Origin: Asterias rubens | Taxonomy: Eukaryota | DNA length: 64,000 nucleotides | NCBI RefSeq assembly: GCF_902459465.1 | Contig: NC_047081.1 | Location: 1,736,001-1,800,000 of the forward strand | Reading direction: 5' to 3' | Shown: positions 45,372 through 57,800 of the stretch, one piece after another | Layout: each line of letters starts with the position of its first letter | Position numbering within the stretch: position 1 is the stretch's first letter | The notes under the pieces: model-generated | What the model was told of the DNA's origin: nothing | The model's database searches: none | The model's input: the letters and a program-made list of their open reading frames with translations, nothing else | Translations under genes and position numbers: made by a program

Positions 45372-45840
45372 CCGTCGATTTCACTAAACTCTTCCTAACT
45401 TATAACTAATCGTAGAACTTAGGATGAGTCCCAGCCTTAAACTGTAACATGTCAACCTTTAGATTAGTCCTACGTCAGTACCAGTTACTCATACTAACTC
45501 GAGATAGGATTAATCGTAGGACTTAGGATGAGTCCCAGCCTTAAACTGTAACATGTCAACCTTAAGATTAATCCTAAGTTAGGACCAGTTTCTCATACTA
45601 ACTCGAGATAGGATAAATCGTAGGACTTAGGACGAGTCCCAGCCTTGTAACATGTAAACCTTAAGATTAATCCTACGTTAGGACCAGTTTTTTATACTAA
45701 CTCGAGATAGGATTAAAATGGTAGGACTAAGGACGAGTCCCAACCTTGTAACATGTAAACCTAAAAGATTAATCCTAAGTTAGGACTAGTTACTCATGCT
45801 AACTCGAGGTAGGATTAATCCTAGCGTTCCGTGAAATCGG
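45372..45840. mobile_element. Harbinger-like MITE expanded by an internal ~100-bp tandem array, in the cadherin 3' UTR
   Basis: CTG/CTG TSD; ccgtcgatttcac / gtgaaatcgg termini; aactcgagatagga at ~45497, ~45600, ~45699 and ~45801. Confidence 0.8.
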
Positions 45841-45876
45841 CTGCGAGAGGGGGATGGATTTTAGAGGAAAGCAGAA

Positions 45877-48800
45877 TTACAGTTTGGTGATCTCTATATT
45901 TTCAAGGAAATCTGGGATCTCACCGTTTTCGAAGTCGGTCAATGGCGTACCCTCGGATGGGCTCTGAGAACTGCTGTGACCTTCAGAGTGAGCGGATCGA
46001 GGAGTGGACGGCGTACTCTTATTTTTCTCGTTGCTGTTGGAGAGTACTTCAGGAGGCGGTGGCGGAAAGGGGATGTCATTGTCGAGCTCCTTGGTGGCTT
46101 GTTTAGGATCCAACTTGGGGGTGGCTGGCTCGCTATCGGCTGAAACCTCACCAGGGGTTGGTGGTGGGGGCGGAGGTAGTGGCAAGTCATCGAATGCCTC
46201 TTGCTTTGAATCTGATTCTGAGCCTGAAGCCTGCTCTTTTGAGAGCTCCTTGCTGACGTCTTCTGGTTGCAGTGGGCACAGATCTTGGACAGGCTCCTCT
46301 GCTACGTCTCCCGTTGGTATCTCAGTTGAAGGTGCTTCTGTTGGATCTTTGGTCGTCTCCTGAGCATCACTCTTGTCTTGCTGCTCAGCTGAAACCATCA
46401 GAGCTGCTCCGCTACTGTCAGCATTATCGAGTTTGTCCGGCTGCTCGTTGACAATCTCCACGCTTGCCGGATCAGGGCTTGGCTCCTTATTGTCCGGGTA
46501 TGCTTGGGTGCGAATGCGAGCAAAGTCCGCCACCCCAGTATCCGTGTCTGACTCCTCCTCGTAGGGGAAGTCAAATACCACTTCCTGCATGTAAACATTA
46601 AAAAATTAAGTAACCCATTATTTTATGCCTGTTTATTTTAGATGATCTTCCCATCAAAAAAACTTGGCAAACTCCTACAAGGGGGTCTTAAACACCAAGC
46701 TGGCAACAGCCAATCTCTTCCACACAAACATTGGTTTGAGGCCTATGATTATGAATTATGAATTGCAAAAATCAAAATATTTGGGTTCAGTAACTAGACA
46801 ACAATAATGTTTGGTTTGCGGTAACACCATGTGTGTATCTACTTGCCAGGTAGAGTTTGTTCTTAAGAGAACTGTCTTTCTATATTCTACTACCGCGGAA
46901 TAGATTTATCGGATGTTCAGGAGACTTCTCAGTTCTGAATAGAACTGTCCTTCTATTTAACTACTACCTGTGCGGAAGGTATAGAAAATTGGCTGGGACT
47001 ACTACTTAAGCTTATAGGATCGTAATTAAATGCACTACCGTGGAGTCGGTTCTTGGATTGGTCTCAACGTTTCGACTAGCTTGCTCTAGTCATTGTCAGT
47101 TCACTTACTAATCAGTGATGACAAACTAAGTCGACAAAGACAAAGTACAGGTCTGGAGTGGGATTTGAACCAGGGACCTCCAGTTTAATGTCTGAGTGCT
47201 CAAGCACCTAAGCCATCTAGCGTGGAGACACTTACCTGTGACTCGTAGTGTTCGGGACCTTTGGTAAGCGCCGACTTTGGCTCGCTCTGTAAAGCTTGAA
47301 TAGATACCTTTGCTACGTCTGAAAACAAGATTGACAATGTAAAACAAAAATTTAAGATCTGTGTAAAGTTACAATTTCTTAATTTAGTTGAAAATATCAA
47401 GTTATAAACCACTAAGGAAACAGACTGGTGTAAATAATTATGACCTGAATTAAGAAAAATTGACAGGAGCAGGATTTGAACCAGTCTATTTTTCTTTGTT
47501 CAACCCCAAAGACTTACTAGCATATACTGGTTCAATAGGTTCCGCAGACATCCCTGCAGCTTCAAGATTGGCTTGTTCTCCAACATCAACCTTAACGTCC
47601 TGCTCTTTACTGGTTTTAAAGAAGAAAGCAAATAGTAGAAAACAATCACTGAATGCTTGTAAAGACATCAACGTACATGTTGTTTTCCCCATAAAAAAAA
47701 ATTAGGAAACTGCCAACCTTATAAAACCTGTACTGAGATGCTGGCTGCAGTTGGTAGCCTATAAACTTTACTTTTAATTGATTATGAATTTCCAGTAAAG
47801 CGTGCACCATATTTCAAGATCATGGATTGTGCCACTACAGGAACCATAATTTTCAAACACTTTCTTTAACCCTATCTCAAGCTCTAACTCTAACCCTTCC
47901 CCGATTCTAACCCTAACTTCAACCATATCCCCAAACCCCAACACCAACTAGAACCCTAACCGACTGCATCAAACAATAACTCCAACTGTCCGCCCTAACT
48001 TGAGCAAAACTCTACCCCACCCTAACCCTAGCCTCTACACCCTACCCCTACCCCTAACCCCAACCCTGGCCCTAACTCACTTCCCAACCCTAGGCCTAGC
48101 CCAACCCTAGCCCAAGCATCAACACCAACCCTAGCCCCAACACAAACCCCAACTCCAGCCCTAACCCTAGCCCCAACCGTTACCCTTATCCCAAACCCTA
48201 TCCCAACCGTAAACCCACCCCTTCAAGAAACAACTTTCCATCCTAACTGACTTACATTGAAGTAGTCGCCTCTACCACAAAGTCCGGTTCATAACCCTGG
48301 TTATCGACTCCACTGTACTGGGTCGAGAGTTGATCGTTCTCAGTCAACATCAACATGTCCAATCTACGAGAAATCTGACGACCACCTTGAAGTTTCACGC
48401 TACAATAAAAGAAATTGTACCAAAATTGACATAGGTACTACCATCAAGAACTCAAGACATAACCCCAAGAGAAACTGACGGCGTAGATTCTTAAAGACAG
48501 TGGACACTATTGGTAATTGTCAAAGACCAGTCTTCTCACTTGGTGTATCTCAACATATGCATAAAGTAACAAACCTGTGAAAATTTGAGCTTAATCGGTC
48601 ATCGAAGTTGCGAGATAATAATGAAAGAAAAATAACCCTTGTCACAGGAAGTTGTGTGTGTTTAGGTGGTTGATTTCCAGACCTCAAGTTCTATATCTGA
48701 GGCCTCGAAATCAAATTCGTGGAAAATTACTTCTTTCTCAAAAACTATGGCACTTCAGGGAGCCGTTTCTCACAGTGTTTTATACCATCAACCTCTCCCC

Positions 48801-51800
48801 ATTACTCGTCACCAAGAAAGGTTTTATGGCAATAATTATTTTTACAATTACCAATAGTGTCCACTGCCTTTAAATGATATAGCTATGAACTTAGAAAATT
48901 TACTCAAACCATTGACCTTCGGATTAACCTGACTGTGCTCAACAACTGAGCTACCCAGCCCTTTAGCTGGCAGTTTCCTCATTTTGTCAATATGTTTGTT
49001 CAGGGGCTGCCAGTCAGAAGCCATACAACCATGTATTGCCATGTACATAGCAAGGGATCAAACCAAAGTTTACGATACAACCTGGGAAGGGGCAGTCATG
49101 CCTTTGTTTCAGACATCTGAAAGGGTGTTTTTCCCTTTATTTTCTTGCAAAATGTTTACAGGTTTGTTATTTCATGCACATTTTCCCAAACGTGTCCAGC
49201 GCCTTTAAGCAGCTCTATGAAATAGGCCCAGCAGCTGATTTCACAAAACTGCTAGAATTAATCATATCTCGAGTTAGGAAGGACCCGTCCTAACTTGGGA
49301 TGGGTTAAATGCGTCCTAACGTATATGGTTACGGAACTTAACTTGTCCTAAGTCGTGTGATTAATCCTAAGTTAGGAAGAATTTGGTGAAATCAACGGCT
49401 GTTTTCTATTATGTCTCAGATTTTTTAAATGAGTTATGAGTGTTTAGTTACTCACTTGTGCCACATGTAGAGGATAGCCACCATCATCAGGACTGTAGAG
49501 ACTCCTATAAAGCTAGCCATGACGAGTAATGCAAAGGACGCAATCATCGACTCGTCAAACTGCTCTGCTACGACGGAGTGAGGCTGCGGCGGACGAAGGG
49601 TTACGTCGGTTGAGAAACACTTACTCTTCCCTTTGTTGGAATCCCACATTCTGTAAAAAATGAAGACGCAAAATCCAGACGCTTTTAACAGACTTTCAAC
49701 TTTCTAATTGCACGAAAAGAGGAAATGGTCAATTTACTTTTGTACAGTGTTTTTCAGTTTTCTATGGCACTGTTTTGAAAAGAAAAAGAAGAAATCAATT
49801 GAAAAGTTCCATGCCCGTTTTAAACAGGGGCTGAAAGATAAATTTTGGTTTTGTGTTTTGATGACTTTCCAGTAGAGTGTGAAAATTGGGAACAAAATAT
49901 TACTCTAAAACTTCAGGTTAAATCGGTGTAGAAAACTACTGTTTTTGATACCTTTTAAGTGGTATTTGTTGCGAAAATCAATAATGTTACAAAATTTCAG
50001 ACTTCACTCTGAAAGAGTATCAAATAAATCAACATTTTACAACATTTTAAGGTGAGGTAGAGACTTGTAAAATTTCCCTCTGTTTCTGGACGCTTTGGTC
50101 TGTAAGGGTAAGGGGTTAAAGTGCCACGTCAGGGCTTGGAAGCCACACTCTACTGATCAGATACATCAGAGCTTGAGTCTGGTACTCTTAACCGCTCAGC
50201 CATGACGCGCCACTTTTTCAAAGACGCCTCAAGTCGGATTCGAACACATGACCATCACATGTTCAAACTACTTGCCCACCAAGTGCTACAAGCAGGTCGA
50301 CTCCTGTCTGTGACCTTGAGAAAAGAATAATACTTCACTTACTTTTTGAAATCCCAGTACTTCACAAATTTCACACCATCCTTTGTGTCGATCATATGAA
50401 CCCATACATCAGTTCTGCAACGGACAAGAAACAAAAAGGTTTTTAGTTTTGGGTTTGAACAAAGACAGAATTTACTGGACCGTGACTTAAACAAACGACC
50501 TCCAGATTAACGTGCCGGCACTCTTTCAACCTTGCTATCCAGACCTAAAGTTGGCGATCTCCCTCTGATTCAACATATCTGGCACTTTTGGTCAGCTGCT
50601 CAGATTGTTCTGACAATCCTTGTGTTTCATACTTTGTCAAGATGGTCTGGGGGGCGTCAATGAGTGTCAGGGTTATCCTGTTTTCTTAATTACAAGTTTA
50701 TGTACCTTTTATTGTAAATATGATGTATTTTTATCTTCTCAGTTTGTTGAGGTTTTGTTGAAATAAATAAATAAATTATTATTATTATTATTCCTGTTGG
50801 ATGTTCAGAATTTTTAGTACCTTTTTTGGTCGATCTCGATTGGGCTGTATGTGAAGAACACTTTTCTTGGTAAGATGACGTGGGCCTCTATGCTGTCGAC
50901 TACAAGCGTCAACCCAAGCTCATCCGAGAGACATCTGGGTGGAAAAAAAGGGGAGAAACAAAAAAATTGAAGTTGAAATCGAAAAAAGGCCAGAAAATGT
51001 CTACGTCGGTAGGTAAAACTCTATTGATTAAAGGCACTGGGGTCGATTTCACAAAGAGTTAGGTAAGGACTAGTCCTAGGAGCTAAAACTTAGATGGCTA
51101 GTTGAGATAAGACTAGTCTTTACTCCGTGTGAAATCCACCACTGGACACATTTGGTAGTTGTCAAAGACCACTGTTCTCACTTTGTATACCACAACATAT
51201 GCATAAAATAACAAATCTGTGAAAGTTTTGACTCAATTGGTCATCGAAGTTGCAAGAGAATAATGAAAGAAAAAAAACCTTGCTGCACACAGGCCAGAAG
51301 TCTTCTAATTATTTGAGTGAAAAATTACCTCTTTCGAAATTACTACGCTACTTCAGAGGAAGCTGTTTCTCACACTGTTTTATATTATGAACAACTCTCC
51401 ATGGAATGTTCCGAATACACAGAGCTAAATACACATTGGCGAAAGGGTAAACACAAATTATATTCAGTTCTGAAAGAGTTATACTTACTCAACTAAAGCG
51501 GCACTTTCGATGCTCACATCCGTTGGTTTTTTGTCGATCACGAGGATGGCATATTCATAGATGAACAGCAGCTTAATCTATACAAACAATGAAAGCCAGA
51601 GGGCACTTAAATGGATGTACAAGGTGAAGGAATAGAAGGTACAAGGAACATTAAGGTACAAGGAATATTACAATCGTCTAGGTACAGGTACACCGTATAT
51701 CAAGGTACAATTAGGTAAAAGGTACAGGGTACGTGAAACAACTAGGTACAAGGTACAATTAGGTTAAAGGTACAGGGTACGAGAAACAACTAGGTACAGG

Positions 51801-54800
51801 GTACAGGGTACAAGGTACAATTAGGTAAAAGGTACAGGGTACGAGAAACAACTAGGTACAGGGTACAAGGTACAATTAGGTAAAAGGTACAGGGTACAAG
51901 AAACAACTAGGTACAGGGTACAAGGTACAATTAGGTACAGGGTATAATGTAGAGTATAATTTACAATAATCAAGGTACAAGACACCAACCTTAGCCTCCA
52001 CCTCGGACGAGGCTTTGTAACTTTGATTCGTCAAGTCATCGTTGACCTTCAAAGTGACCACATAGGCTGCCTGCTCCTCGTTCAGGTCAAAGGTCACATC
52101 ACTCAGGTAGGACTCCACCCTGTCTTGGATTGCTAGTCTTCCCGTCAAGTCGTCCATGACAAAGTTTGGCGTTGAGCTGTGATCATCGTACTCGATACTG
52201 TAGTTCAGACGTGATTGCGCATCATCATCTGTTGCCTGCAATAATTTAAAAAACAAAAAGTTTAATTATGTAATTTTTTTTTTAAAGCAGTTTTGCCATG
52301 GGTTTTGGATTTTCTATTGGCTCTCATAAAAATTAATAAGGGTTCGTAGATGAATATTCATAGACCCTACCTTAGCCTGGAAGATGATCTGCCCATATGG
52401 AGTGTTATCTGGCACTGCGATGATGAACTTGTTGGCGCCCTCGATGAAGTCTTTGTCAAACTCTGGTGTCGCGTCAGAGACATCTTCAACACGGAGTGTG
52501 ATGACCACTACACTGAAATCTGCATTTCCAGAGTTTGCTATGGAACATAATTTCCAACAAAAATAAAAAAAAATCAAGAAAAATCTTTAAAACTGCTACT
52601 CATCAACACCCAAACTGGCAAAAGATTTTGCAGAGTTCGGGTGGAATTTCTTCTAGATTTTGTTTTGTAATATTAAATTCTTTTTATTAATCTATCATTC
52701 AAATAATAAAGGACTTCAGGCCCGAAGCCTTTAATTAGGCATCTGAAAGCACACACATTATTGTGCAACAAGGCTGTTTGTTCTTTCATCATTCTCTTGC
52801 AACTTCGATGACCAACTGAGTCAAAATTTCCACAGGTTTGTTATTTTATGCAAATATGATAGGATACACCAATTGAGAATACTGGCCTTTGACAATTACC
52901 AAAGGTGTCCAGTGCCTTTAAATTTAAAATAAATGTACTACCTTCCACTGCTTCCAGACTGAAGCGTCTTGCTCTGTCTCTCAGACCTGCTCTTGCGATG
53001 GAAACACTGCAGTCTTCTTCCGTCTCGTTACAAGACATAGCTTTGATAGTGATGACGTATTCACTAATCTGTTCTCTATCGAAGGTCTTTGAAGAGCAGA
53101 GCTTAGGTTGATCGATTGCGGGCAGGAAGAAAGTTGAGGTGTCTAAATGTTTAAGTAAAATACATGATTTAATTTACAAATTTGGGAAAAGGTGTGATCA
53201 GTGATTTGTTTTGATAATCCATCGTTTGATTCGATAAGAGAAGACAAGGACGGAAGTTTCAGTTTCTGATGTGAGACGAAAACCCCTGTCAGATTTGGAC
53301 TGAAAACCTGATCCACATTTATAGATCCCCCGGTGGGATTTCGAACCAGGATCCTACTCGGAAACCTGCCCCCCCCCTCCATCCCCCAACAGGCCTCATA
53401 CTTCATGAAGGTGATTGCCTCCATGCCCCCTGTTCATTGCCTTGGTGCCCTTGAAATGCTCCAGTAGAAATTTTAAATTTCCTCATAGGGTGCCCTTTAC
53501 CGAGGAGAAAAAAATAATAATAATATATTTGATTTATATAGTGCCTAATATAAAGTAACCTCTAAGCGCTTTACAAATAACTCAAATAAAAAAAACCTGT
53601 TTTAAATGCCTTGGTGTCCTTGCCCTTTCAACAATGAAACATACAGGCCTTCCCTAATCCATCCCCTAATCACAACCCCTCGTTCACTCTAATTTCTACT
53701 TTCTTACCATTACTTGGAACAACGTCTATAATCGAATACAACACGACGATCTCTGGTGACGATGTAATATACGGAGGCGTGAATTCATCACACCAATTCT
53801 CAGCATTTTCTGGTGGAGAGATCCTACACATGACACAAGAAAAATTTTGATTTAAATGTTACTGGTTTAGGAAAATTATTTTACAGCCAAAAGGTAGAAC
53901 AGAATTTGTATCAACAATGAAATTTTCCGTCAAAGGAAAACAAATTCTGGTGCAAGTACTGCTGCAATTAGAATGAGCTCCGTTCACAAAAAATTACTAA
54001 TTTTGTATTTAAAAGTGCAACTACAGCACATATTTAACGGCACTAAACACCTTTGGTAATTTTCAAAGACCAGTGTTCTCAATAGCTGTATCCCAACATC
54101 ATAAAATAACAAATCTGTGAAAATTACCGAGACCCAAAAGCCTCACTCTGTTGTTCAGAAAAACCAGAGCTTGAGTCCCATGCTCTTCACAGCTCGACCA
54201 CGACACGTAAGACTGGGTCTGAAACCTTAATTCTACTGAATAGAAAAAACAGAGCTTGAGTCTAATGCTAATTAAAACCGCTTGGCCACGTCACGCCACA
54301 AAACTTACTCTTGCTCCCGGTCTTTCTCAGGAAAGTAGGGTTCATTCAAGTTGTTGGGATCATAAAGAACGGCCACGATACCCTGTGGGTCTGCTTCCCT
54401 GGGTGGGGATCCGTTATCACGAGCATTAACGATAATCTAAGGACAAATAAGACAAGAAAACTTCATTAGTGAACATAAAAAAGCATCATTTACATGACAA
54501 AGCAATTTTCGTCTCACTGCATGCACTGAGACGAAAACTGTTTTATGACATTGTTTTACTCATTTCTCAAAAACTACAGCACCTCAGCAAGTTATATTAT
54601 AAGGGAAGCTTTCTACTATCATTATCTTCAAACCGTGTAAGTTCAATGTAAATCTGTGAACATTTTGTTTTGTGCTACAAAAAGTACCCCAACCCTTTAA
54701 AATTAAAATAAAACATTATTTCTCCCTAATGTACCGTTATTTCATTGTCGTCTCCAAACAGCTCCTCGGTATTATACCCCGTAACATTCGTCGTTCGTAT

Positions 54801-57800
54801 CTCCCCAGTCGTTTCACCGATTGTGAAGTACCGGTAGACATTCAAATCTTGATCAGTAGCGAAGGAATACGTTACACCACTGTTATACTCACTCTGAAAT
54901 ATTGAAAACAAGAATCACAAAATAAATGTTAATGACACTAATAACGGCACTGGACACTATTGGTAATTGTCAAAGACCAGTATTCTCACTTGGTGTATCC
55001 CAACATATGCATAAAATAAAAAATCTATGAAAATTTGGGCTCGATTGATCATCAAATTTGCAAGACAATTTCGAGAGATAAAAAGAAGCCTGAGAAAAGC
55101 TTCAGGCCTAAAGTCTTTCACAGTTTCACATATTGCAGATCTGCATTACCTCTTTCTCAATTACCACATTACTTAAAACCCACAAACCAGGACTCAAACC
55201 CACACTCTGCTGAACATAAACACCAGAGCTTGAGTTCGGTGCTCTTATTATCCGCTCGGCCATGACACCCCGTGTGTTGTGTTGTCATTTAGCCTACGAG
55301 AAAGACTCTGCCAGGGTCAAAACGTCAGACTATGACTACTTCTTTTTGCAATGAAAACATTACTCAAATTTACCACGTCTTCATCTTGTGCTACAACACT
55401 CTTGATGAAGTTGTCCGACATCAAATACGGCACCCATACTGGTACGTAACTGGCCTCGTCAAAGCTCGGAGCGTTGTCGTTTAGATCGCGTATGACAAAC
55501 GAGACACTGGTGGAACCCATTGGCTGGAGAATCGCATCCGGATTGGTCGCGTTGATGATTAACGTGATAACGTCTGAAGTGTAGTTCTCTGCGTTGATGC
55601 ATCGTAATTTACTGATCTTCCCGGTGGTCGTGTCAATCGTAAAATCTTCACTTCCTCCTGAAAAAAACCCCGCATATATTTTTCAAAGGATAACAAGAAA
55701 TTGGTATATATTTTGTTTGTGGTAACACCATGTGTGTGTCTCCTTGCAAGGTAGATTTTGTCCTTTAGAGAACTGTCTTACTCTATATTCTACTACCGCG
55801 GAGTAGTTTTTTAGAATTGGGGAGACTTCTCAGTTCTGAAAAGAACTGTCCTGCTTTTTAACTACTACCTGGGACTACTACTTTAGCTTTGCTCTAGTCA
55901 TCGTCAGTAAACAGAAGAAATCGGAGAGAAGTGAGCCTATCCGGGGTTTAATAGCCCTAATTCCACACTACTCTATTCCCCTGCGTCAACCCCAGGAAAT
56001 AATGCTCGGCCCTTTCGCACTTGGATCGCTCTACCCCTGATCTACCCTGGGCAGACCCCAGAGTATTCTTGAAACGTGCTGCAGGGACCCTTTGGAATAT
56101 AAACCTAGGAGGGAACAGTGTGAATGTTAGCCGAACAGTTTTTCTACTGCCACAGAGTAGATTTTGGACTTTGGGAGACTATTTAGTTCTAAGAAGAACA
56201 GTCCTGCTGATTAAGTACTACCTAATCGGTACTAAGGACTACTACTCTCGCTTAATGGATTGAGGGGATTTCTCGATTTTAACGTCACTGATGGGTAGTG
56301 AGTTCTTAAATGGTCTCAATGATCAAATAACCTGCTCTACTCAGAGGGTTTAAGGTGGCTTATTTAATTTATTTCCTAGTTCACATACCAACGATGGAGT
56401 ATTCTACTCTCTGATTTATCAATGTTGAGTCGTCGTCCGTCGCCTTCACAAGCCATTCTCCAGGGGGCATTGAGCCATTCTGACAGGCACTGTTCAAATC
56501 TTCATCCAACTCAAATTGATACGAATCCTAACGGACGAAAACCAAGATCAACGAAAAAAGAAAAGACATATTAAGACTTATGGTCAACTCTTTCAGTACC
56601 AAGGTCGTATATCATGTACAAAATATTTTATATTTTCCGAAAGCATCATTATTGCACACTTACATTCTGTATTGTGTACCATCCATGTTATGTCCATGTT
56701 ATAACAAGAGGGCATTGCACCGTGAAATACAATCGACTTTGAGATGTACATGTACCAAGGCTTCTTATAGCGCTCAAACCTGTCACTCGCGCCGCTGTCA
56801 CCCCAGGCACTTCGGCATTAAGTATTTTTCCCGCAAGGTATTGTGAAGCTACATTTTTGAAGTACGAGACCAATGGGAGACTTTCTGGGACGATAGAGGG
56901 CAGCAGACTTCCCGGGTAAATCCATTGTTCTCAGAATCATGCGCATGTTCAGAACTACGTAAACAATGGAAGTTTACCCGGTATGTCTGCTGCCACCTAG
57001 CGTTGGAAAGTCTCCTATTCCTTTACATAGCACCATGTAATGATTTACCAGGTGTTGTGATACACTATGCTGCCTACAGAACCAGGTACACCACGGCAAA
57101 GTACCCCTTCTCTTTACGATAAAAGCACTGGGTTCTTTTACGTGCATAACACAACACTACGGCGTTACGTCCCATCTGATGGAAGCGGCTATAATGTCTT
57201 GTTTCAGGACACCAGTGTCATGACTGGGACTTGAACCCACACTCTGCTGATCATAAACACCAGAGTTTCAGCTCAGTATTCTTATCCGCTACGCAACGAC
57301 ACACCATTACAAGTTTTTATACACGCCTGTCTGCCTTTGAAAAAATATTGTCTTTATAAAAACATGTCAATTTACCTGTAGGAACTCTGGGGCATGGTCG
57401 TTGATATCAACAATTTGTACATTAACCACTGTGAATCTCTCTTGGCTTGTGTCATACGTTCTTGCAAACACTAGAAGCTGTGGAAGAAAAATACTGCAAT
57501 CCTCAATTTTCTAAAAACCACTTTTAAAAGATGCAGGAATTAATTTAAAAAAAGAAATGTTGCTAATATTTTTGTTTTTAACCTTACACCGCTGTAAATC
57601 TGAGGTCACAAAATCAAATTCGTGAAAAATTACTTCTTTCCCGAAAACTATGTCACGTCAGAGGGAGCCAATTCTCACAATATTTTATACCATCAACCTC
57701 TCCCCATTACTTGTCACCAAGTATAGTTTTATGCTAATAATTATATGCTAATAATTATTTTGAGTAATTACCAATAGTGTCTACTGCCTTATAAGACAAC

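Noticed and set aside
46004-46564. Plus-strand ORFs overlapping the last cadherin exon
   Set aside because: They are antisense shadows of a GC-rich coding exon.
47820-48230. True telomere or chromosome-fusion site
   Set aside because: The tract is highly degenerate, single-orientation and lies inside an intact gene intron.
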